A stretch of DNA of 64,000 bases from Geosiphon pyriformis uo1 (lineage: Eukaryota; Fungi; Glomeromycota). A program made the position numbers and the translations under genes. The notes below the pieces were generated by a model, which worked only from the letters and a program-made list of their open reading frames with translations, was not told the DNA's origin and made no database searches. The stretch is from positions 397,669 to 461,668 of the forward strand of contig JAAOMT010000503.1 in NCBI GenBank assembly GCA_016748015.1. The letters run 5' to 3'. Shown here one piece after another: positions 38,854 to 50,323 of this stretch (position 1 is the stretch's first letter; each line of letters opens with the position of its first letter).

Positions 38854-40239
38854 ATAGATCCCAGAAACTACAGCAATCTTAAAAATTATTTGGAGACCCT
38901 TACCATGCCAGAAAACTGGTCTCCAAATGAAAAACACCGCTTATAACACCAATCAAAACAATATTTCATACACCAGAACAAAATCTATTATAAAAATCAC
39001 AGAAAACCAAACCAGCCACTCAGATTAGTACAAGAGAATGAAAAAGAAACAATTTTATACAACATACACACAGATCTGTCTTCAGCACACTTGGGAAAAG
39101 AGAAAACAATTTAAAGAACCCTTGAACATTATTTTTGGCCTCACATGCAAAAAGACATTTAACAATATGTAGAATCTTGTAATAACTGCCAAAAAAGAGG
39201 AGAAACTTGCCCCACAGAACCTTTAAATTCAATCAAAGTTGGACAACCTTTTGACAGAGTTGGAATTGATTTAGTCAGACCATTACCTATCACAACCCAA
39301 GAAAATCATTATATTGTAGTTGCAGTAGATTATTTTACTAAATGGCCTGAAGCTAGAGCCATCCAAAGAGCAGATGCAAAATCAGTAGCAAAATTCATCT
39401 ATGAAGACATTATCTGTAGACATGGATGCCCAATTGAACTCTTATCTAATCAAGGAACACATTTTGTGAACAACTTGATACAAAAAATTTGTGAACGGTT
39501 CAATGTCAAAAGACCTCTATCATCACTTTATCGCCCTTAAACAAATGGACTTGTAAAACATTTCAACAGAACATTGTGTGAATCTTTAGCCAAAGTTTCA
39601 ACAGACTTTGAACAGGAATGGGATATCTTTATTCCATCAGTGTTACTAGCATACAGAACACTAAAACAAGATACTATGAAACACACACCATTTGATCTTA
39701 CTTATGGAAGGACAGCAACATTACCAATTAATTTCACAGTGGAAACATACCCAGTGCAACCAATCAATGAAGAAAACTTTCAAGAAACACTCCAAAGAAG
39801 AGCCTACACTCTTCTTAGTACACTGGAAGAAAAAAGAAGAATAGCAGCAGCTCATATTGAACATTTCCAAGCTCAACAAAAAGAAAGACATGACAACAAA
39901 TTACCATTTATTACCAATGAATTTAAAGTTGGAAATAAAGTTTTCTTACACAGAACTAAGGCTGAAAAACAATGGAGTGGAAAATTTGAAAACAAATAGG
40001 ATGGACCATTTTATATTCACGAAATTCTAAGCAATGGATCATATAAGTTAAGACTTGATGACAAAATATTAGCAAAAGTTGCACATGGAGACAAACTGAA
40101 ACACTATTATTCCAGAAACAATCCTGAACCATTAATTCCACAAATTAGTACACATTCCCCTTTAATTAATCCTGAAGATATTCCCCGAAATTTAGAACCA
40201 ATAATTATAATAAAACAACAACCAAACTTGAACACTTAA
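38854..40239 (+). pseudogene. Gypsy C integrase, separate ORF (start ATA, probably decayed ATG)
   Basis: HTDLSSAHLG...CNNCQ, VGIDLV, LSNQGTHF, NGLVKHFN, DGPFYIH; no chromodomain. Confidence 0.88.
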
Positions 40240-40382
40240 ATTTTACAATAATTCTCTACTAAAAACACAAAGACAAAAATAGTAAATAATTACAAAACAC
40301 CCAAACCCAAAAACAAATAAAAACCCCATATCCAAAAAATAATTTTCTTTATTTTCTCTTTTCATAATTAGTCAATTTTATC

Positions 40383-41090
40383 ATGATTATTCCCCAAAAT
40401 ATTCAAAAAATATTCCAAAAATTAATGTTAGCCTTGAAAACACTCTCTGACTTATTTATAACAATTAATGGAAGTCAAATTAAATACATTCAGAAAGAAA
40501 CCACAGCCCCAGTAGCAAATCATTTACAGAACTATCACCCCTATAAAAGAGAAACAAGAAGTCACTTTGAGAATAGATTACCAAGACTTTTAAAGCAGGC
40601 ACTAGAAGAAAATCTGCTAATTGCCCCTATTGACATTTCACCAAATGCTACAATGCAACAAAAACTACTACTACTTCTTAATGAACAGAACAATAAACAC
40701 ACCTCTATCTATAAATACTTTCAAATTGGAAAAACACTTTATGAACGAAAACTGGAACTTGAAGCAACAAATCTCACTCCTGAAGTTATACAAAAACAAA
40801 TCTACAATGAATTCAAAACAGCAGCTGGACCAACAAACACTCGCTACAAACTTAGAGCAGCTTTTAGACTCTATGACTTGTTTAATACTTGTGAAAATGT
40901 TCTACAAAATCCAATACTGCAATCAATAAAAGTCCAATACATTGGCAAACTCACAGAACTGAAATTTCAACAATTTTCAGACCAGATTACTTCAATCATT
41001 TTAGATCACTATCTCAATATTACAGATAGTGCTTGGACTTCAACAGAATTCAGTCTTGAGGAAGAGATTATGTTACCAGTAGAATTTTAG
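40383..41090 (+). CDS. Gypsy C ORF3, intact 235-aa protein of unknown function
   Basis: Open ATG-to-TAG frame that reads through the PPT and 20 bp into the 3' LTR; homologues in A, B and D. Confidence 0.85.
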   Translation: MIIPQNIQKIFQKLMLALKTLSDLFITINGSQIKYIQKETTAPVANHLQNYHPYKRETRSHFENRLPRLLKQALEENLLIAPIDISPNATMQQKLLLLLNEQNNKHTSIYKYFQIGKTLYERKLELEATNLTPEVIQKQIYNEFKTAAGPTNTRYKLRAAFRLYDLFNTCENVLQNPILQSIKVQYIGKLTELKFQQFSDQITSIILDHYLNITDSAWTSTEFSLEEEIMLPVEF

Positions 41091-42089
41091 CTATTAATTA
41101 GCATGAAATTACTCTTATAATTTCTATAATTCATTAGTATATTAATATCATTTCAAATTATCATTTATTATTTAATCAATTATTACATATCACGATTCAA
41201 TTAAAATAATCTAATTAGTATAACAGAAAGTAAGATGATCAAATTACACAATACCCTGAACTTTGTAACATTCAAAAATTCGCCGAAATTTACAGAAATT
41301 TGCCGAAATTTATAAGAAATTTGCCGAAATTATGAATATAAGAAATTTGCCGAAATTATGAATAGTTCACCCAAATTAATCAATAGTTCAGCAAAATAAC
41401 TTGTAGTTCATCAAAATGTATCTTTAGTTTGCCGGAATTTGGGCAAAAAAGAAAAAGTGCAAGTTCATAAACTAGTATTACAACAAGTTGTATAAAAGAA
41501 AAGCTTTTCTCTTTTGAAAAATGTATCTTATTTTAGATTTATTTCTTAAAACCATTCCTATACACACAAAAAGAAATAAATATTAAATAATTCGAAAAAA
41601 CCAAATTTTTTAATTATTGTACTTGGAAAATTCCCAAAACCCAACTAACATTTCGAAATTGATTAGCTACCAATTTCAGTAAACTGTTAATGACTCCAGG
41701 CCTGGATAGAAAACGTTTCTCTTGACAAAATTTTATTTCTTTTACATTTCTTTTATTTTCCTTTTCTTTTCTTATTACAATCATTAGAGTAGTCTACAGA
41801 CAAGATTCCTGTAGAAGAGTTGACTTTCACAGCAAAGTAACTATACATTTTAGTGAGCTTCTAGACAAGCAATTTCTGGGAAAGAGTTGACATTTACTAC
41901 AATGTAACTACATAAAGTAACTGGCAATGAATTGGCCATTCCACTTATAAGCCCAGCAGTTCAAATTATAGGAGATAATTTGAAGATAAATTTAGTTATT
42001 GGAGATTCAACTACTTCCTGAAAACGTGAATTCACAGCAAATCAATATTATCAACATTTAAGAAAAGAGACCAAAAACCTCCGGTAACA
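41071..42089 (+). repeat. Gypsy C 3' LTR (1019 bp)
   Basis: Equals the 5' LTR plus one extra 26-bp TATAAGAAATTTGCCGAAATTATGAA unit. Confidence 0.97.
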
Positions 42090-42247
42090 TCGGATTTTAA
42101 TTGTTGTAAGCTTTCAATTAATTGTTGAGTTATATTGTTGATGTTTTCTGGAATAAGTATCATTGTTTTAATTTTGACTGCTATTTTGGAATCTTTTGCA
42201 TGTGGTTTTATGGTTGTTAAATCATTTTTGCTGTAATCTAAGATTAA

Positions 42248-43627
42248 TTATCTTTTTAAATAATGTTCAATTAAAACTATTGGTTCTAAATCTTGTGGAA
42301 TTTGTTCTGGTAGAATTAAAAATAATTGTGTTCTAATTCTGGGTGTCTTTGTTTTTATTACTGGTTTACTGTAATAGAATTTCAGCTGGTTACTATGTGC
42401 TGCTTTTCTTAAAATTTTATCATCTAGTCTTAGCTTGTATGCTTCATTTCCAAGTATTTTGTGAATATAAAATGGTCCATCCCACTTGTGATCAAATTTT
42501 CCACTCCATTGTTTTTCCATTTTTGTATAATGCAACAATACTTTATTTCCAATTTTGTAGCTAATTATATTATCTGGTAATTGGTTATTATGTCTCACTT
42601 TTTGTTGTTCTTGTGATTGTTCAATATTTTGTGCTGCTTTTCTTCTTTTGTTTTCTAAAGTTCCTATTAATTTGTATGTTCTTCTAAGTAGTGTTTCCTG
42701 AAATGTTGCTTCTATGATAATGTCACTTGGATAAATTGAAATAGTAAGTTCAATTGGTAATGTGGGTTTTCTTCCATAAACTAGTTCAAATGGTGTGAAT
42801 TGTATAGTATCTTGTTTTACTGTTCTATATGCTAATAGTACTGCTAGTATGAACAAATCTTATTCTTTTTTATGTTCATTACTAATTTTCACCAGTAATT
42901 CGCATAATGTGCAATTAAATCTTTCAACTAATCCATTTGTTTGAAGGTGGTATGGTGATGACAGTGGTTGCTTGATTCCAAATTTTTGGCTAAGTTCTTT
43001 TAAGATGCTGTTTATGAAGTGTGTGCCTTAATTTGATAGCAATTCTTGTGGACATCCATGCTGGCAAATTAAGTCTTCATGTACGAATTAAGCTATGGAA
43101 ATAGCATCAGCTGTTTTAATAGCTCTAGCTTCTGGCCATTTAGTAAGATAGTTCATGGCTATTGCAATATAATGGTTGTTTCTTGTTGTTATTGGTAAGG
43201 GTCCAACTAAATCAATTCCAATTTTGTCAAATGGCTGTCCAACTTTTATTGGTCTTAATAATTCCATTGTTTTTGCTTCTCCTTTTTGTTGGCATGAGTC
43301 ACAATTTTTTATGTATTGGATTATGTCTGAACTCATTTTTGGCCAATAGTAATGGCTAGTTACATGTTGGATGGTTGCTGTTTTTCCAAAATAGTCTGAA
43401 TGAATATCTGAGTGCATGTTAAATAAGATAGTTTTTTTTTCATCTGTGATTATAACTCTTAATGGATTATCTAGATTTTGTCAATTCCAGTAATAAAGTA
43501 TGTGATTTTAGATAAAATAGTGTTTTGCTAATTTTTGGAACTTAATTAGCTCTTTTATTGATATTTTTTTATCTATTTGTAGTGTTTCCAAGTATTGGCT
43601 GAGGTTTTTGTAAAGGTGGTTGTTTAT
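42248..43627 (-). pseudogene. Gypsy D integrase, separate ORF
   Basis: HSDIHSD..CDSCQ, IGIDLVGPLP, NGLVERFN, KWDGPFYIH; ends QDLEPIVLIEHYLKR*. Confidence 0.88.
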
Positions 43628-43656
43628 TGTTGTTGTGGTGGGTGGGTTGGTAATTT

Positions 43657-46600
43657 TTATGTGTGTCTCATTCTTAACAAACAGTCAGTATTAGCATTTT
43701 TGGTACCTTCTTTGTATTTGATAATATAATTGTATGGTGCTAACATTTGTGATCATTTGGTGTATTTTTTTTTTAGCACTTTCTTGTTATTTAATCAGAC
43801 CAGACCTCTATGATCTGTGGTAATCTCAAAGGGTTGGTACCATAAATATGTGTCAAAGTAAACACAACTCCAGACTACTGCTAAGCATTTAAGTTTATGT
43901 GCTGCATAGTTTTGTTCTGTCATACTGAAACTTCTGCTGGCATAAATGATTACATGTTCTCTTTCATTATCATCTTTTTGTGACAGAATGGCTCCAAGTC
44001 CAGTTCCAGAAACATCTGTGGCCAAAATAAATTTCTTGTTAAAATTCGAATAGATTATTATTGGTAATTCAATGAGCTTTTGTTTAAGGTACTCAAAAGC
44101 TTTTTGTTATGCTTTAGTCCATTCAAATTTCACATTTTTGAATAGTAAGTAATTAAGAGGTTTGGTGATATTTGAAAAGTTTTTTACAAAGCAGCAGTAG
44201 TAAGATGCAAGTCCTAAAAAGCTTCTAACTTCTGAAACATTTTGAGATACTGGAAAATTTTTCACTTTGGCTATTTTTGATGGATCTGGTTTTATTTCAT
44301 TTTTTCTAACTATGTGTCCTAAAAATGCTAGCTCATTTTTTCCAAAGAAACATTTTTTTAGATTTAGTTTAAGTCCAGTGTGTTTCAATCTCTCAAAAAC
44401 TTGTTGTAAATGTTGGAGATGATCTGTGAATTTTGACGAGAAAACATTTGTATTATCCAAGTAAACAACAACAAATTGCCATAGAATTCCAGAGTAAATT
44501 ACGTCCATTAGTCTTTGGAATGTCACAGGAGTGTTTGTTAATTCAAATGGCATTATATTGAACTCATAATTGCCATTTTGTGTTGTAAATGCTGTTTTAT
44601 GCCTGTCCTTTGGGTCCATTTCCACTTGCCAATACTCACTAGTCAAGTCCAGTGTAGAAAACCATTTTGCTCCTCCAAAAACATCGAAGATTTTGTCAAT
44701 TAACAGTATTGGATATGAGTTTTTGGTTGTTTTGCTGTTTAGTTTGCAATAGTTAATGCAAAATTTAATTTTTCCATTCTTTTTTCTTACTAAAACAACT
44801 GGTGAGGACCATGGGGTCATTGATGGTTGGATTATTTCTTTTTCCAACATGCTTTGGACTTTTTCTCTGATAAAATTATGCTTCATTGGTGGAACATGGT
44901 AAGCACGTTGTTTTTTAGGTCTGGTGTCTCCAGTGGGGATTTGGTGTTGAATTAAGTTGGTTCTTCCAAATTTGTCATTTCATGAAAATATATTAGAGTA
45001 TTTTAAAATTAATACTTTTAATTGTTGCTGTTGGTCAGGATCTATTGTTTTAATGTTTAATTTGGCCAATTCTTCTGGCATAAATTGATAGTATTCTAAT
45101 AGTTGTTGCCAATTTATTGAAGTGAGTTTACAGTAGAGAGCAATTTCTAAGAAATTTAGAATTTTTTGTGGTGTTGACGTGTTTTCTAGCTCCGTTCTGA
45201 GATATCCAATGATAGTATCTTCCTGAATGTAGATGGGTTCTTCTGTGGTGTTTGTGATAGAAATTTTTATTCATTGAGCTTTATCAGCTGGAATAAAAAG
45301 GTTAGTAAGTCCTATAAGAAACTGTTGGCAAGTTTCTGGGTAGGATTCAAATATTAGGTCTTTTTCTTTAATTGTCCTTTTTATTTTTATTTCTGATTTT
45401 CCATATAGTAAGAGTGTAATAGACTGCTCATTTTTAATTACTTTGTCTTTTTCCTCTATTGTTTTAGTAAAATTCGCTTCAATTCCTTTTTCTGTTGATC
45501 CGAAATCAAAAGTTTTTCTTGTTGTTTGTGACAATTCTTCACAATTTTCTACTGGCACAAATTTTCCAATTTTTACCAATGGTAGAAAAATTGCTTGTGC
45601 AATTTTTTCCTTAGATTCAATGGTATAAGGCTTTTCTGAATTGTTCTATAGCAAAACCATTAAATTTCCAGTGTATCTGAAGTCAATTACTCCTTCTTAA
45701 ACACTTATTTTTTTTTTCATGAGGCTTGATCATGACGCTATTTAAACTATTATTCCTGGTGGAATTTCAACTGCTATTTTTAGGTCAATTTTGGTGATGC
45801 TCCTGGATGGTAACGTTGTGGATTGGTCTTTTGGATAACATAGATCGAATCTGGCATCAGTTGGATGGGCTCTTTCAGGTATTATTCCTAAGTGCCCATC
45901 ATCAAAGTATCAGATGTTGATCACCTGTTCTAGGTTGGTATAGGCCACAAATTTTTCTGATTCGGAACTGTCAGGTGAGTTTTGTTGATTTATTGATTGA
46001 TTTTGAGACTGCTGATTCTCAATTTCCATTTTTTTTTTAAGTCCCTTTCATCTCAACACTTTTCACAGCACTGATTTTGGCACAGGATAAGACAGTTTTC
46101 GTAGAGGTAAGTGTTGATTTGGATGAGGTATTGTTCTTACTCTTGTCGAGTAGGACATAGTTGTTGATAGTAGTTCTGGAATTTGTCCACTGAATCGAAC
46201 ATGTTGTAGCTGACAACTTTGTCAGCTACTTCGGCTGACTCTTTCCAGTGTCGTATTTCTTCAGTGGTTCCTCCTCTTACTTTGGCTTGTGCAGTGTTGT
46301 ACAACTCATTCTCGTCATGTGGGTAGTGCTATAGTCTTTTTAATGCTCTGTTGAATGCTGCTTCAAATGGCATTTCTCCTCTTATCCAGTTACAGATGAG
46401 GATCGTATATTGGCAAGTTGCATCACACATTCTTCCTCTGCCTGGTATGTCATTCCAGTCATACTCTCTTGGTAACAGTTCTTTACAAGCAAGGCACGGT
46501 TCCTTGTCTCATTTTCCATGTCTTTCTGGGTAACTGTATTTTTTTTTATTACAACGGTTACAATAGTAGTGAGTGGAGTTTCTTGGGTCTTTGTTTGGTA

Positions 46601-49367
46601 CACTGCACACAGTCATAGATGAGAGTTTCTTCTTGCAAACCGAGCATTCTAACTTTGGTCTGTGTTGCTGGTGGTTTCTTCATAGACTTACCTGGTTTCA
46701 TTCGGATCTTTCTTCACTGATCCATGTTGATACAACTGGTAGTTCTGTTCTTTGGTCATTAGCCCAAGAGAGCTGATAGGTTTCGATGGCTGGTAGTGCT
46801 GGATTTTTCTCAAATTCGAAGGTAGGTCTTTGGTTGGCACTGGGTTTTTGGAAGTGGCCACAGGTGGCTGAAATTCTGGCCTGGTGGCTATTATAATTGA
46901 TCAAAAGCTCTTGGGTGGTCCAGTTTAGAGTGGCATTGGCTTTTGTTAACCAGTTATTTCCTACTAACACTTGATATTGTGTAGTGTTCATTACTAATAC
47001 TTTTGTAGATATTACTATGCCATTAATTTCGAAAGAGAATGAGTCGATTTCACCATAAAACAGCTTTGTACTTTCATTGGCTGTTATGATTTGGGATGTC
47101 GTGGCATGATCAACTTTGAAACCTAGTTGGTTTACTAGTTGAAGTATTACAATGCTTCCAATGGATCCGCTGTCTAAGATAAGTTTAATTGAGGTATTGT
47201 TTATAGTGGCTTCTGTATATATAGTAGTGATTGGGCATTTTTTGTCCAATGCTGCTCTACTGAACATAGTTTTGTTTTTCTCTAATTCAAAAAGAAAAAT
47301 AGCTGCGAGGCTGCTATTTTCGGTGGTAACTGCTGGTGGTATTGTCTGGCTCAATTTTTTGGAGGAATTTTTGGTTCTGTTTATGTTTCTACCATCATTG
47401 TTTTCAATGATTAGATTTTCTGGTATATTAAGATAAGTTTGTTGATAATTTTGGTAGTTTAGATTGGTTTGCTGATTGGTTCCAATATGGTTTGGATTCC
47501 TCTGGACCAATGCGTTCTGGTTCTACATGGGCTGATTTCAGGCCTCGGGATGCCAATATGGGTTGGTTATTATGGGCTGTTGCTGGTAAGTTTCTTGATT
47601 TTGATATGTGGTAAGATATTGGCGTGGTATTGGCGTGTACTGGTTTTTGGACATTTGGGATGGCATGTAGTAATTATTTTCACATGTTTTCTGCATTATT
47701 TGCATTCAACATTGACTAATCAAATGTTCTATGTATTTGCAAAAATAGCAGACATGCATTTCTGTTCTGAATTCCTAATGTGACGAGTGATTATTTTGAC
47801 TGTTGCTAACTTCCTGACTGTGTCTTTAGAGTGGTTGGTATGTATTTCTTCTTGGATCCAGGATAAGGTAACTTTCTATTTTCTTAGAGAGTTCCTTCCT
47901 TAATTGCATTACTCTTTTCTTTAATGTTTCTGTCTTATTTTTCTTCATTACTATGTTAACTATTTGATTATGGTTAGCTTTTTTCTCAGCCAATTCAAGG
48001 GCTCTGGCGAGCGTAACGGTTTCTGGTAAGGAATTAGGATAGGCAGGGCGTACTCTTCCTAAAATACTGCTTTTTAATCCTCTAATAAACTGATTTAAAA
48101 CCTGAGAATCAGTGTAGTATCTTTGTTCAATCACTTTAATCTGATGGCAAATTCAATTGAATCAAGCAAGATATTGGGTGAGAGTTTTACTAGTATTTTG
48201 CTTGATAGTATTGAATTTGTTCTGTAGTTGGATTATGGCATTTGGGTTGCTAAAATACTCCAGGAGTGCATTTTTAAATTTGGCGAAGCTCGTGGGTTTT
48301 GTTTCCAGACTTTGATATCACAAGTCGGCTGTGCCTTTCAGGAAGAAAGATAATGTTTGAATTGCTCTTTGGTTGTTCCAGTTATTTGTTTGGATGGCTT
48401 TTTGTGTTTCTCTAAGCCACATGTGCATGTCCGTTTCTTCTTCTTCTCCTGAGAAATCTGTTAGTCTTGTAATATATGATGTGGCCATTTTGTTGCCATT
48501 TTCTGCTGGTGGGCTTATTGGTCTAAGAGGAGGTGGGATGATATTTCCTTGAGCATTCCTAAAGGTGGCTTCCTTTATATCTGGTTTTTTCTCTTGATCA
48601 TGAGTTTTTTGGTTTCTGGACTGGCTGCTTATTCCAGTGACTGGTCTTGTAATTGTTTTTTCACTGGTTTCTTTTTTGGATTCTAATTCTGATTCCTCTT
48701 CTTGGTTTTCAAACCCCATTTCGAATTTTGGCTGAAAAAAAGGGTTTTGGAATAGTGATGAATATCCTCTTGTAATTGGTATGTCTCCTCAGTTACGTTG
48801 TTTAATTTTATCAGTATAACTAAGAGTTCTTGGCATTTGTGGAGTTGATGTTGATGATAATGCAGCTCCTAATGGAATTTGTATCTTATTTTCTGGTGAA
48901 AAATGGTATGATTTATCTTCTAGTGAATAAATACGTTGTTTTTTTATTGATTGAGTGACAGTTTTCTTTGGTGTTTGAGCAGGTGTTCCTAGTTTTTGCT
49001 GGTTACTTTCCTGATTAATTTCTGAATTTTTTTTGGTTTTGTTGGCACATTCCCTAGTGTTTCCTGTGGATATTGGAAAATTTTTGTTGGCATATTGCTT
49101 AATTTTTCGATGAATTTTGACAATAGTTGCGGCTATTACTGCTACTTTTTTTGTAGTGTATTGTGATAATTCTCTATACAATCCAAGTTTTGTGTCATGT
49201 GGTTCTTCTTCCTTTCCTATATGATAATTTATTCTGGCATTGATATAATAAGTGAGAACAGATTCTGCTGGACAACACTCTTCTGGTAATTCAAGATCAC
49301 TTTGATTTTGTGTGTAAATAGCATGGCAGAATTCAAGAACAGTAAGGTTAAGGGTTTTTGTCACCAC
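43657..49367 (-). pseudogene. Gypsy D gag-PR-Cys-rich-dUTPase-RT-RNase H polyprotein, fragmented
   Basis: GTG start; CYFCKYIEHLISQC; LILDSGS; ERAHPTDARFDL...VIDFRYTG...KIAQAI...FGSTE dUTPase (~45490-45920); VYLDN; ATDVSGTGLGAILSQ. Ends DCLLRMRHT*. Confidence 0.92.
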
Positions 49368-49449
49368 TTTTGTCTCTTCCTTTTTAGCAATGAATTATTG
49401 CTAATTATTATTTCCTTTTTGATTTTCTTTCCTCATAGAGTTCACCAAA

Positions 49450-50323
49450 TGTTATGGGATGGTCTTCTTGTTATATTTAATTGCCAATATCTCATTTTAA
49501 TTGCAATCAGTCTTTCGTGAGTTTCTTAATTCTATTTGTGTGATAATGTCACTGTTATACTGAAGACTTTCTTTTTAATGTTGCAATGTAAGTTATTCCT
49601 CAATTCCTGATTGTTGTGTGTGTTTATGTACTCCTTTTCAGAGGTTGAACTAAAATCTACCCACTGTTTGGGGTCTTCTCTGAGGCTATCCTTGCAATTG
49701 CCTGATGTGTTTCTCTAATCTAAAAACACAGAATGTTAATGGTCTTTAGCACTTTTCCTAATTCTTACAATAAAGCTTTTATCAATTAGTAACAATGTGA
49801 ATAATTTTGATCAAGAATTATTCTTCCAAGAGATTCAGCTGATGAATAATAGTTTTATTCAATAAATAATACAAGTAAGTTTCTTAATATTTTGGGTTGT
49901 AATAATTCAGTTTTAAATATTCTTTTTCATTTCTTTTTGATTTAAAAATTTCTTGGGATATTTAATTTGAAAGTATAATTTAAAGTGGAGTTTGTTGGAT
50001 AAAATTGGATCTATTGCTTGATAAGTTATGATTTTTATTACTTGATTGTCTTTTTCCAATATTAAAGTTACTGTATATATACATGTTTGTAGTTCTATGA
50101 AAAAACACATTGTAATATTTTCTTTTTGATATTTCAATCTGGTGTTTGCTGCTATCACCAGTTGGTGTTGGCTGCTATTGTGAACTGGTGCTTGCCACTA
50201 TCACAAGATGGTGTTTGCTACTATGTTAATCATTATCTTTTTAAGATTATTACTGCACTATATTATGATTGAATAGTTTGTATTATTTTTATGATTCTTT
50301 TGCTAAATTCTTAAACCATAACA
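49450..50323 (-). repeat. Gypsy D 5' LTR
   Basis: Direct repeat of 30635-31508; PBS at 49447-49431. Confidence 0.96.

Larger units (their letters stand above)
32121..42089 (+). mobile_element. Ty3/Gypsy LTR retrotransposon C, full length, best-preserved copy
   Basis: LTRs 32121-33113 and 41071-42089; TSD TCGG (32117-32120 and 42090-42093); PBS; PPT GAGGAAGAGATTA (41058-41070). Confidence 0.98.
30635..50323 (-). mobile_element. Ty3/Gypsy LTR retrotransposon D, full length (third family), containing element C
   Basis: Two 874-bp LTRs (30635-31508 and 49450-50323); TSD ACGC (30631-30634 and 50324-50327); PBS TGGTGAACTCTATGAGG; PPT GAAAGGAGGGAATAA. Confidence 0.96.

Noticed and set aside
40000-40239. 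Chromodomain at the integrase C terminus
   Set aside because: IN ends shortly after the GPF module in a P/I-rich tail with no chromodomain aromatic pattern.
40383-41090. ORF3 as an envelope gene
   Set aside because: Too short, with no visible signal peptide, transmembrane anchor or furin site.
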